Assembly (NCBI GenBank): GCA_002269645.1
Contig: NIVC01000237.1
Location: 310,001-374,000 of the forward strand
Source: Macrostomum lignano
Taxonomy: Eukaryota
Length of the DNA stretch: 64,000 nucleotides
Direction of reading: 5' to 3'
Part shown: piece by piece, positions 1-20,503 of the stretch
Layout of the letters: the number at the start of each line of letters is the position of its first letter
Numbering within the stretch: the stretch's first letter is position 1
Translations under genes and position numbers: made by a program
Notes under the pieces: generated by a model
The model's input: the letters and a program-made list of their open reading frames with translations, nothing else
The model's database searches: none
What the model was told of the DNA's origin: nothing

Positions 1-640
1 AAATGTTAAAATAATTTACTGAATGGAAGTGTAGGATTAGCAAAACTAAATGTAGTCCAGAAGTAGTCTAGAAGAAGATTAGGGGGCCTAGGAACTAGGC
101 CTAAGCTATGGCCAATGTGACTAGGCCCTACCTAAGTTAGGCCCTAATGGCTAGGTAGGTGTAGGTCTACAATTTGGCCTTATATAAAAATAACCCTGTT
201 CTGCTAGGCCTAGGGGCCTAATCTAATTTTTTAAATATAAAGTAAAAATCTTAATTTAAATTATGCAACAGTATGCCCCTAGATGGCTAGAGTAAGCAAA
301 GGCCTAAGGTCTAAGTCTAGTCCAGAAACATTATCAAAGCGACCAGAGCCATTACAAAAACGTTTAGTTTACACGTGCCAGAATAAAGGGTTAATCGATT
401 GAAAATTCTATACTATAGCCTAGGTAGGCCTAATCAATGGTAAGGATCTGAAACAATAGGCCCTATTCAGAATTCAGTGAATAAAAACAGAAATGTATCA
501 AAATAACATAATGGCCTCTGGCCTGGGTCAAACTCTATAGCAGACTGTGCCGTCAGCCCGTCACTGTGAGTGGGTCGGGGACTCTAATCTAGCTAATTCC
601 TAGCCCAAATAAAAAATAACCATGTTCAAATTGCAAAATT

Positions 641-1854
641 GCAAATTCTAGTTAAATTCCTAAACACCGTGAGTCCCGTGACTTATTAACATGATTGATT
701 GATCATCTTCTTAATATAATAGTTCCAGTGCTTCGACTTCGACAAATCGTGAATAAGCTTAAAATTTTTTAATCCAAATTTCTTATATCAGGATTCCGAA
801 AACCGTACAAACGCTATAACAACTTAAAAGTATTACATAGTAGCAGTAGTAGTAGTAATAAGTAAAGTAGTGATAAGTATTACATAAAGTGATAAAAACA
901 CAAACTAAATAGCAAACAAAATAGTCTTGTTTTAGTGTTTGCAAACGGTTATGATCAGTATTAATGCATACAACTTGATATGATTACGCGCATATCTAAT
1001 TTACAATCAAGTGCCCAGCTCAATACCAATCGCTTCTAATCACAACGTTCATAAAGTTAAATTGTTTTGATGATCATGAGCGCCAGAGATGGGGAGCGCC
1101 GAGCCGTACCGCGTCTGGTCGTCCAACAAATTCGATGCCTGGGAGGGGGTTTCGATTCCGCGCAGCCACGCAAACACTACGCGTGCACGCGCATTCACGA
1201 AAGTCGCCAATCGTCCAGAGGCTAAATGACATGAGGGACAAGCCATGCAAGCAAATTCTAGTTAAATTCCTAAACACCGTGAGTCCCGTGACTTATTAAC
1301 ATGATTGATTGATCATCTTCTTAATATAATAGTTCCAGTGCTTCGACTTCGACAAATCGTGAATAAGCTTAAAATTTTTTAATCCAAATTTCTTATATCA
1401 GGATTCCGAAAACCGTACAAACGCTATAACAACTTAAAAGTATTACATAGTAGCAGTAGTAGTAGTAATAAGTAAAGTAGTGATAAGTATTACATAAAGT
1501 GATAAAAACACAAACTAAATAGCAAACAAAATAGTCTTGTTTTAGTGTTTGCAAACGGTTATGATCAGTATTAATGCATACAACTTGATATGATTACGCG
1601 CATATCTAATTTACAATCAAGTGCCCAGCTCAATACCAATCGCTTCTAATCACAACGTTCATAAAGTTAAATTGTTTTGATGATCATGAGCGCCAGAGAT
1701 GGGGAGCGCCGAGCCGTACCGCGTCTGGTCGTCCAACAAATTCGATGCCTGGGAGGGGGTTTCGATTCCGCGCAGCCACGCAAACACTACGCGTGCACGC
1801 GCATTCACGAAAGTCGCCAATCGTCCAGAGGCTAAATGACATGAGGGACAAGCC
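641..1854. repeat. Near-perfect tandem duplication of about 604 bp (641-1244 and 1251-1854, period 610)
   Basis: Both copies start GCAAATTCTAGTTAAATTCC and end GACATGAGGGACAAGCC. They are separated by ATGCAA. Confidence 0.95.
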
Positions 1855-2250
1855 TATATACCTGGAGCAGAGTGTCTGAGATATGCGATTCCTGCAGATG
1901 ATAACAACTTTATTGCCGCTGACCAATGTACACTGGCCTGGCTGTGCTCTGGTGTACATTTGTGTAATTTCAATCTTCATGCATCATGATGTAGTGCATG
2001 CCAGGGGTCAGTGGAATGGGCATATATGTACACATATACGGGACTAAGATTATTAAGATATTACATGTATAAACGTACAAATACTCCTATAGTCTTTAGA
2101 GCATTAGGGGCCTCAGTTGATAAAAACAATATACAGTAATCGCGAACTTGGGCGAAAATTTCGACTGCTATTTGTCATCTGTACAACAGTGTGGATCGAG
2201 CAAGACGAGAGCAACGTTAACAATAGTAAGATAGAGAATCGACACCAACT

Positions 2251-5200
2251 GCTACAGAGGGGCGCCAGCTACAGAGGGGGCGTCAGCTACAGAGGAGGCG
2301 TCAACTACAGAGAAGGCGCCAGCTAGAGAGGAGGCGTTAGCTACAGAGGAGGCGTCAGCTACAGAGGAGGCGTCAGCTAATGTACATGTACAGAGGAGGC
2401 GGCAGCTACAGAGGAGGCGTCAGCTAATGTACAGAGGAGGCGCCAGCTAGAGAGGAGGCGTTAGCTACAGAGGAGGCGTCAGCTAATGTACATGTACAGA
2501 GGAGGCGCCAGCTACAGAGGAGGCGTCAGCTAATGTACATGTACAGAGAGGCGCCAGCTACAGAGGAGGCGCCAGCTACAGAGAAGGCGCCAGCTAGAGA
2601 GGGGGCGTTAGCTACAGAGGAGGCGCCAGCTACAGAGGGGGCGTCAGCTACAGAGGAGGCGCCAGCTACAGAGGAGGCGTCAACTACAGAGAAGGCGCCA
2701 GCTAGAGAGGAGGCGTTAGCTACAGAGGAGGCGTCAGCTACAGAGGAGGCGTCAGCTAATGTACATGTACAGAGGAGGCGGCAGCTACAGAGGAGGCGCC
2801 AGCTACAGAGGGGGCGTCAGCTACAGAGGAGGCGCCAGCTACAGAGGAGGCGTCAACTACAGAGAAGGCGCCAGCTAGAGAGGAGGCGTTAGCTACAGAG
2901 GAGGCGTCAGCTACAGAGGAGGCGTCAGCTAATGTACATGTACAGAGGAGGCGGCAGCTACAGAGGAGGCGTCAGCTAATGTACAGAGGAGGCGCCAGCT
3001 ACAGAGAAGGCGCCAGCTAGAGAGGAGGCGTTAGCTACAGAGGAGGCGTCAGCTAATGTACATGTACAGAGGAGGCGCCAGCTACAGAGGAGGCGTCAGC
3101 TAATGTACATGTACAGAGAGGCGCCAGCTACAGAGGAGGCGTCAGCTAATGTACAGAGGAGGCGCCAGCTACAGAGAAGGCGCCAGCTAGAGAGGGGGCG
3201 TTAGCTACAGAGGAGGCGCCAGCTACAGAGGGGGCGTCAGCTACAGAGGAGGCGCCAGCTACAGAGGCGCCAGCTACAGAGGCGTCAGCTACAGGGGAGG
3301 CGCCAGCTACAGAGGAGGCGCCAGCTACAGAGGAGGCGCCAGCTACAGAGGAGGCGTCAGCTACAGGGGAGGCGTCAGCTACAGGGGAGGCGTCAGCTAC
3401 AGAGGAGGCGCCAGCTACAGAGGGGGCGTCGGCTACAGAGGAGGCGTCAGCTAATGTACAGAGGAGGCGCCAGCTACAGAGAAGGCGCCAGCTAGAGAGG
3501 AGGCGTTAGCTACAGAGGAGGCGCCAGCTACAGAGGGGGCGCCAGCTACAGAGGAGGCGTCAGCTAATGTACATGTACAGAGGAGGCGGCAGCTACAGAG
3601 GAGGCGTCAGCTAATGTACAGAGGAGGCGCCAGCTACAGAGAAGGCGCCAGCTAGAGAGGAGGCGTTAGCTACAGAGGAGGCGTCAGCTAATGTACATGT
3701 ACAGAGGAGGCGCCAGCTACAGAGGAGGCGTCAGCTAATGTACATGTACAGAGAGGCGCCAGCTACAGAGGAGGCGTCAGCTAATGTACAGAGGAGGCGC
3801 CAGCTACAGAGAAGGCGCCAGCTAGAGAGGGGGCGTTAGCTACAGAGGAGGCGCCAGCTACAGAGGGGGCGTCAGCTACAGAGGAGGCGCCAGCTACAGA
3901 GGCGCCAGCTACAGAGGCGTCAGCTACAGGGGAGGCGCCAGCTACAGAGGAGGCGCCAGCTACAGAGGAGGCGCCAGCTACAGAGGAGGCGTCAGCTACA
4001 GGGGAGGCGTCAGCTACAGGGGAGGCGTCAGCTACAGAGGAGGCGCCAGCTACAGAGGGGGCGTCGGCTACAGAGGAGGCGTCAGCTAATGTACAGAGGA
4101 GGCGCCAGCTACAGAGAAGGCGCCAGCTAGAGAGGAGGCGTTAGCTACAGAGGAGGCGCCAGCTACAGAGGGGGCGCCAGCTACAGAGGAGGCGTCAGCT
4201 ACAGAGGAGGCGCCAGCTACAGAGGGGGCGCCAGCTACAGAGGGGGCGCCAGCTACAGAGGAGGCGTCAGTGGTACAGAGGAGGCGTTAGCTACAGGAGG
4301 CGCCAGCTACAGAGGAGGCGTCAGCTACAGAGGAGGCGTCAGGTACAGAGGAGGCGCCAGCTACAGAGGAGGCGTCAGGTACAGAGGAGGCGTTAGCTAC
4401 AGGAGGCGCCAGCTACAGAGGGGGCGCCAGCTACAGAGGAGGCGTCAGTGGTACAGAGGAGGCGTTAGCTACAGGAGGCGCCAGCTACAGAGGAGGCGTT
4501 AGCTACAGGTGGCGCCAGCTACAGAGGAGGCGTCAGCTACAGAGGAGGCGCCAGCTACAGGGGAGGCGCCAGCTACAGAGGAGGCGTCAGCTACAGAGGC
4601 GCCAGCTACAGGGGAGGCGCCAGCTACAGAGAAGGCGCCAGCTACAGGGGAGGCGCCAGCTACAGAGGAGGCGTTAGCTACAGAGGAGGCGCCAGCTACA
4701 GAGGGGGCGCCAGCTACAGAGGAGGCGTCAGGTACAGAGGAGGCGTCAGGTACAGAGGAGGCGTCAGCTACAGAGGAGGCGCCAGCTACAGAGGAGGCGT
4801 CAGCTACAGAGGAGGCGCCAGCTACAGAGGCGCCAGCTACAGAGGAGGCGTCAGCTACAGAGGGGGCGCCAGCTACAGGGGAGGCGCCAGCTACAGAGGA
4901 GGCGCCAGCTACAGGGGAGGCGTTAGCTACAGAGGAGGCGCCAGCTACAGGGGAGGCGTCAGCTACAGAGGCGCCAGCTACAGGGGAGGCGCCAGCTACA
5001 GAGGAGGCGCCAGCTACAGGGGAGGCGCCAGCTACAGAGGAGGCGCCAGCTACAGAGGCGCCAGCTACAGAGGAAGCGCCAGCTACAGAGGAGGCGCCAG
5101 CTACAGAGGCGTCAGCTACAGAGGAGGCGCCAGCTACAGAGGAGGCGCCAGCTACAGAGGAGGCGTCAGCTACAGGGGAGGCGCCAGCTACAGAGGAGGC

Positions 5201-5347
5201 GTCAGCTACAGGGGAGGCGTCAGCTACAGAGGAGGCGCCAGCTACAGAGGAGGCGCCAGCTACAGAGGAGGCGTCAGCTACAGAGGAGGCGCCAGCTACA
5301 GGGGAGGCGCCAGCTACAGAGGAGGCGCCAGCTACAGAGGAGGCGCC
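2251..5347. repeat. 18-bp GC-rich minisatellite (GAGGAGGCGCCAGCTACA)n, about 170 units
   Basis: Direct reading. It generates the spurious EEAPAT ORFs. Rare variants recur 635 bp apart. Confidence 0.95.
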
Positions 5348-5751
5348 TGATTTAGGTGAAATTCTTTACACTCTATTACGAGTATAAAAAATAACAGAGA
5401 AAAACAAAGTCAGCTGAAACAGTGGAATTTGGCTAAAACTTGTAGTCATAACGCTTGTAGACTAAACCAAAACAATCACTAGTCAATAATTTTGAGGCAT
5501 TCATATATAATTTAAACAGAAGACTTATTAAGCTTACTCTATAAATAAATTTTCTAAAGCCGATTCAGCATAGCGAGTGTATGTGTGCAACTTCATTTTC
5601 AATTTGAAAATTCAAATACAGATAATAATAGATCCATTGCATAATAAAATAGAGATGCGAATTGACAATTTAAATTTTAAAGGGCAAATTCAAAGTTACC
5701 TAATAGAAGTTGAAAACCGAGTTTATCATTTCGAATTCAGCAATTGCCAAC

Positions 5752-15282
<9,531 letters not shown>

Positions 15283-15354
15283 GAGTGCTGCTTGCTCAGC
15301 ATGAAAGTGGTAGGTGATGCATGACTTCAGTAAGAATCAATCTATCTACGCGTA

Positions 15355-15826
15355 TCTACCTAACTAATTGCTATCCTAACCTACCTAACTACTCTCTAGA
15401 CTACCCTAACTTACCTATCTACTCTCTAGACTACCCTAACCTACCTATCTACTCTTTAGGCTACCCTAACCTACCTATCTACTCTTTAGGCTACCATAAC
15501 CTACCTATCTACTCTCTAGGTTACCCTAACCTACCTATCTACTCTCTAGGCTACCCTAACCTACCTATCTACTCTCTAGGTTACCCTAAGCTACCTATCT
15601 ACTCTCTAGGCTACCCTAACCTACCTATCTACTCTCTAGGTTACCCTAACCTACCTATCTACTCTCTAGGTTACCCTAACCTACCTATCTACTCGCTAGG
15701 CTACCCTAACCTACCTATCTACTCGCTAGGCTACCCTAACCTACCTATCTACTCTCTAGGTTACCCTAAGCTACCTATCTACTCTCTAGGCTACCCTAAC
15801 CTACCTATATACTCTTTAGGCTACCT
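15355..15826. repeat. 30-bp minisatellite upstream of the OPA1 ATG (possible 5' UTR intron)
   Basis: Unit CTACCCTAACCTACCTATCTACTCTCTAGG, about 15 copies. Confidence 0.92.
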
Positions 15827-16329
15827 GAGTAGACTGTCACCTTGATATTTTGCAGTACACAAAACTTAAGTGATCCTTTACTCAGTTTAATAAAAACCAA
15901 ACATCAGTAAAGATACTTTATAAAAAAATATGCACAATAAATCCAGTGTATTTGCAAAGAAAATTCAACGCAGAAGTAAAATAGAAAATAAACACATTTC
16001 ACATTGTGTAAAGCGTCATTCGCTCTAAATGTGATAATACAATACAATCGATTGGGCTGAATATATTGCAATAAACTAATTTACTGACAAGTAAATAATA
16101 ATTAGTCAGTTTCATGCAACTGGTTACGAATCTAAGGGAAGTGCGTGAGTTCCGCTTTTGCAATCCGAATATTATATATAAGTGAGCAGAGTATAAATGA
16201 GCAAGGAAGACTTAAACAGAAGGACGGGGGACACTTCTCGTTTCTAAGAATTCCTTTGGGAGGTTGACTGAGTGCAATAAAAACCGCACAATCTATCTGA
16301 TTACACATTTTATCTGAAAACGGCACCTA

Positions 16330-16507
16330 GGCCAAGAAACGCACCAAGAGTCGCTGCAGGTAAAATACAGGTAAAATAGGAAAGAGACTCTAGACGACTC
16401 TAAAACGACAAGATTTTAGGAACGAGTCTGCAACTCTGAGACGACTCTGGAGCCGTATCTGAGTCGTATCTGAGGCGTGCTGGAGTCGCTGTAGAATTGC
16501 TGATTTG
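16330..16507. mobile_element. Fragment of a dispersed GAGTCGC/GACTCT-rich repeat family
   Basis: GAGTCGTATCTGAGGCGTGCTGGAGTCGCTG is shared with about 21138-21170. Confidence 0.55.
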
Positions 16508-16517
16508 CGTCTGAAGC

Positions 16518-17250
16518 CGCTTACGGACATTTCCCCTCCGGCGTTTCCCCTCCGGACACCTCCCCTCCGGCGTTTCCCCTCCGGACATTTCCCCTCCGGA
16601 CATTTCTCCTCCGGCGTTTCCCCTCCGGACACTTCCCCTCCGGCGTTTCCCCTCCGGACATTTCCCCTCCGGCGTTTCCCCTCAGGACACTTCCCCTCGG
16701 GGACTTTTCCCCTCCGGACGTTTCCCCTTCATCTATAACGAAATAACAGTGCCTTCGGACATGTCCAAAGAGAACATAAGTTGCATGTATATATATAAAT
16801 GTATATAAGTGTATATATAAATGTAAAAATTTAGTAATATTATAATTATAGTATAAAAATAATAATATACAAAATAATATAACAATAGTAATATATAAAA
16901 ATATTTTATAAATAAAAATAAATAAAGATAATAATAATATATTATATTATAAATTTATTATAATTAAACCTATAATACAACATAATAAAACCATCTACTC
17001 TCACTTTTTACTTACATAATTTTTAAAATAAAATCGATCTAACAGCATAACTACATGGATGTGACGTACATGCGTGCAAAACTTCTTTTTTTGCATGTTC
17101 TAAAGCTCTGTTATTTCGTTATAGCTGCATGGGAAATGTCCGGAGGGGAAATGTCCGGAGGGGAAATGTCCGGAGGGGAAATGTCCGAAGGGGAATCGCC
17201 GGAGGGGAATCGCCGGAGGGGAAACGCCGGAGGGGAAATGTCCGGTAGTC
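16518..17250. mobile_element. Mutator-like foldback (non-autonomous) element with modular inverted arms
   Basis: Left arm (CCCCTCCGGACATTT)n 16524-16730 is the inverse of right arm (AAATGTCCGGAGGGG)n 17130-17245. The core is AT-rich. A 9-bp direct repeat GTCTGAAGC lies at 16509-16517 and 17251-17259, extendable to 10 bp. TSDs of 9-10 bp are typical of MULEs. Confidence 0.8.
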
Positions 17251-17486
17251 GTCTGAAGCGCATCTGCATCACTTTATAAATTAGAATCGCATTTCGCATT
17301 TATAACAACTCTCTTTAGTAGTAGACTATCTCCAGTAGTCTAAATAAATATTCTCTAAGAAACGACGCGCCCCTCATTGGTTGCGGCTAAGTTTTGCTGA
17401 ATAACACCCGCTAGGCCATAGTGCGTAGTGCATACACAGTCTACCACTGCAAGTAGCATAAGATGCAAATTTCGCGCCTCCATCTC

Positions 17487-20225
17487 TCAACGCTTCGCGC
17501 CGGTCGAAGGCGCGCTGCCAGACGCCGCCGATGCAGCCTTGGCGCCATCCGACTCGGCCATTCGGCCTACCGCCTCTTTGCCCGTCTCCATGGCAACCAC
17601 TTTCAGCGCCGCCCGAACGCCCAACGCGTTAGTGGCCCAAGCGATCCGGGCGACATTGCCGCCGGCGTGCAGGGCGTCGCCAGTGACGGCGCCGGCTCGA
17701 TCGCCCCAGCGGTGCGTCGCCAGCGCCTGGCCGTTGTCCGCAGCGCAGGTGGCCAGCTGGCTGCCGGCCACGCCAAGGCTCTCCCACACGTCCGAGGCGC
17801 CGCTCAGCGCCGCCCCTGCAACCCGCGCCGCTCCGGCCAGCCGACTGCGCGAGCCCCGACCGGATGTCGATACGCCGACGGCGTTCAGCGCCGGCGCCAC
17901 CGCGTGCGGATAAACAACTCGGCTGGCTAAAAAACCGGCGCCGGACACCAGGCCGGAGACCAGGCGCCTGGAGACCCGGACACCAACGGCGCTGCCTTGG
18001 CGGAGAAGGCGAACTCCGGTGGTGACGTGGTCCAAATTGGCACTCTCGTTGGAATTTCCGGCGGCACTTCCGGCGGCGCTTCCAGCAGAGCTTCCAGCGG
18101 CAGCAGGTCGCATTCGCTTCTGAGCGGCCAGCCGAGCTCGGGTCAGCAGGTCGCCGGCCAGTCTGCCGCCAGCTACGGCGCCTTCGCACATGCGGGCGGC
18201 CGTCCAGCCGATTCCGGTCACGAGGTGGTCGGAAGTGTGCCGTCTAGCCGGCTTCTGATCAGCGTCGGCGTCGGCGGGCGCGACGGCGGGAGTCGGGGTC
18301 GGTGTCGGAGCGTAGGGAGGGGGCTTCTCCGGAGCTTCCGGTTGGCGCTCGATTCCTGCGATCAAGTAAAAAATTCAAATTATTAGGCCATTTACATTAA
18401 TCACTGATAGCACACTGCAGGTACATTCCAATAGGGGCGTAACTAGACTTTTAATACCGGATTTTCAGCTGAGAACTCACCGACCTGAAGTTCACTATAA
18501 CTGAGATCTCACCCACCTGAAGCTCACTATAACTGAGATCTCACCCACCTGAAGCTCACTATAACTGAGATCTCACCCACCTGAAGCTCACTGTAACTGA
18601 GATCTCACCCACCTGAAGCTCACTATAACTGAGATCTCACCCACCTGAAGCTCACTATAACTGAGATCTCACCCACCTGAAGCTCACTATAACTGAGATC
18701 TCACCCACCTAAAGCTCACTGTAACTGAGATCTCACCCACCTAAAGCTCACTGTAACTGAGATCTCACCCACCTAAAGCTCACTGTAACTGAGATCTCAC
18801 CCACCTGAAGCTCACTATAACTGAGATCTCACCCACCTGAAGCTCACTATAACTGAGATCTCACCCACCTGAAGCTCACTATAACTGAGATCTCACCCAC
18901 CTGAAGCTCACTATAACTGAGATGTCACCCACCTGAAGCTCACTATAACTGAGATGTCACCCACCTGAAGCTCGGACACAAGCAACTCACCCAATCTGGA
19001 CAGGCAAGCCAGCAGGTCCAGCAGCAGGAAGCGGCTCTCGGTGTCCAGGCCCTCTGGCAGCATCACCCCGACAGACGAGGCCTCGTCCTGAGCCTCCAAA
19101 TCCGGGAAGATCAGCGCCCCGCTGGCCGAGGCGAGCACCGGGGTGACGCCGGGGATCAAAGGGCAACGCCAGTGACTGCCCACAGTGATGAAGGCTGGAG
19201 GCTGGGCCGACTGGCTCTGCTCGGCTTCGCTGGCAGTGGCGGCATCGTCAAAGACGAACAGGCTGAGGCTGCTGTTGGAGCCGCCGTGTCGGATTCGGCC
19301 GTCCGAGGCTACGAAGAACAGACGGACACCGTCTGGGAGCCGAAACAGCTGCGGGTTTGGGAGGCTGCAGTCTAGAGATCTGGGAAGGTGGCTTTGACTC
19401 AGCAACTGAGGATCTCAGAGGCTGGCCCAGAACTGAGGATCTCAGAGGCTGGCCCAGCAACTGAGGATCTCAGAGGCTGGCCCAGCAACTGAGGATCTGG
19501 AAGGCTGGCACAGCAACTGAGGATCTGGGAGGCTGGCCCAGCAACTGAGGATCTGGGAGGCTGGCCCAGCAACTGAGGATCTGGAAGGCTGGCACAGCAA
19601 CTGAGGATCTGGGAGGCTGGCCCAGCAACTGAGGATCTGGGATGCTGGCCCAGCAACTGAGGATCTGGGAGGCTGGCCCAGCAACTGAGGATCTGGGAGG
19701 CTGGCCCAGCAACTGAGGGTCTGGAAAAGTGCTGTAGCTCAGCAATTGAGGATCTGGGAGGCTGGCCCAGCAACTGAGGATCTGGGTGGGTGGTGGTGAC
19801 CCATGACTTCAGTTGCAACACACCTCAGTCGCGGCAACAGTCGGCTCATCAGCTTCATTGCTCTCATCAGGCAGCTGAACTCCGAGGCTTAGCAGTCTCG
19901 AGTTGACCTTCTCGAGCAGGCTGGCGGCCAACTGCTTCAAAGAATCTTCGGTGGCGTCACTGTGAGCAGCCAGCAGCTGGCGCCGGGCATCCAGGTACCT
20001 GGCGACAACTTCGCTGCCGCCGACTCCGCCGTTGGCTTCGTCAGCTTCGAGAGCGGCTCTGACGAGGCCGCGCAGATGCCGCGAGCTGCAGTTGCTGGCG
20101 TTGGTTGCGCCTTCCTCTGGCGAGTACGGAGGAGGTGGCATCTGCGGCGGCGGCGGCGGCGCGGATGGCTCGGAAGGCCGATGGTTGCCATGGTAACCAC
20201 GACCTTTTGCAACGTTGTTAAGCAT
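17487..20225 (-). CDS. SPART: Spartin (SPG20) homolog, 3 exons, 542 aa
   Basis: Exons 20225-19824, 19348-18991, 18355-17487 (phases 0, 1; 1629 nt). MIT-like N-terminal helices. LFRLPDGVRLFFVASDG...PLIPGVTPVL...GALIFPDL resembles human LILIPNGVQIFFV...PLVPDRSPVL...GAYMFPD. C-terminal senescence domain (HRWGDRAGAVTGDALHAGGNV...LGVRAALKVVAMETG). The start could be a later Met (MPPPPY). Confidence 0.92.
18470..18972. repeat. 32-bp minisatellite, spartin intron 2
   Basis: Unit CTCACCCACCTGAAGCTCACTATAACTGAGAT, about 15 copies. Confidence 0.95.
19370..19790. repeat. 28-bp minisatellite, spartin intron 1
   Basis: Unit CAGCAACTGAGGATCTGGGAGGCTGGCC. Confidence 0.93.
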
Positions 20226-20503
20226 TTACTGCAGGAACAATGGTGACTGTGACTGTAGATTTTTTAAATTAATAAATATATTGTTAAGTAGGTTGAATAA
20301 TAATAAATAATAAAATGCAATAAAAATTCTAACTGGCAATAACAAACGTTAATGCACAATTCTTTATCATTGTAGAAAGCAACAAACTTTAAAAATGCTT
20401 AGGATTTTCTTGAGAGCATAGGAGACAGCAATATTTACAGCATAGGAGAACGCGTCCCTCGAGGGGGGGGGCGGATGGCTAGTCTAATACACTAGAATCT
20501 TAA

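Noticed and set aside
60-520. TAGGCC(TA)-rich patches (also 48240-48850) as a structured element
   Set aside because: No periodicity, termini or alignable block found by eye.
1699-1989. In-frame TGA (1837) between two open segments, as a possible selenoprotein or readthrough gene
   Set aside because: No recognisable selenoprotein motif or SECIS and no homology recognised. It can easily arise by chance.
2251-5347. AGAGGGGGCGCC as CTCF sites
   Set aside because: Only a partial motif match. CTCF is reported absent from flatworms, the inferred taxon.
4509-5387. 292-aa EEAPAT-repeat ORF as a mucin- or antigen-like gene
   Set aside because: It is the in-frame part of an 18-bp minisatellite whose left part is repeatedly frameshifted. 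It has a non-ATG start and no signal peptide.
15283-17486. Spartin-OPA1 as an operon pair
   Set aside because: The gap is 2.2 kb and contains a CCAAT-bearing segment and a plausible 5' UTR cis-intron (donor near 15840, acceptor 15288), so an independent promoter is equally likely.
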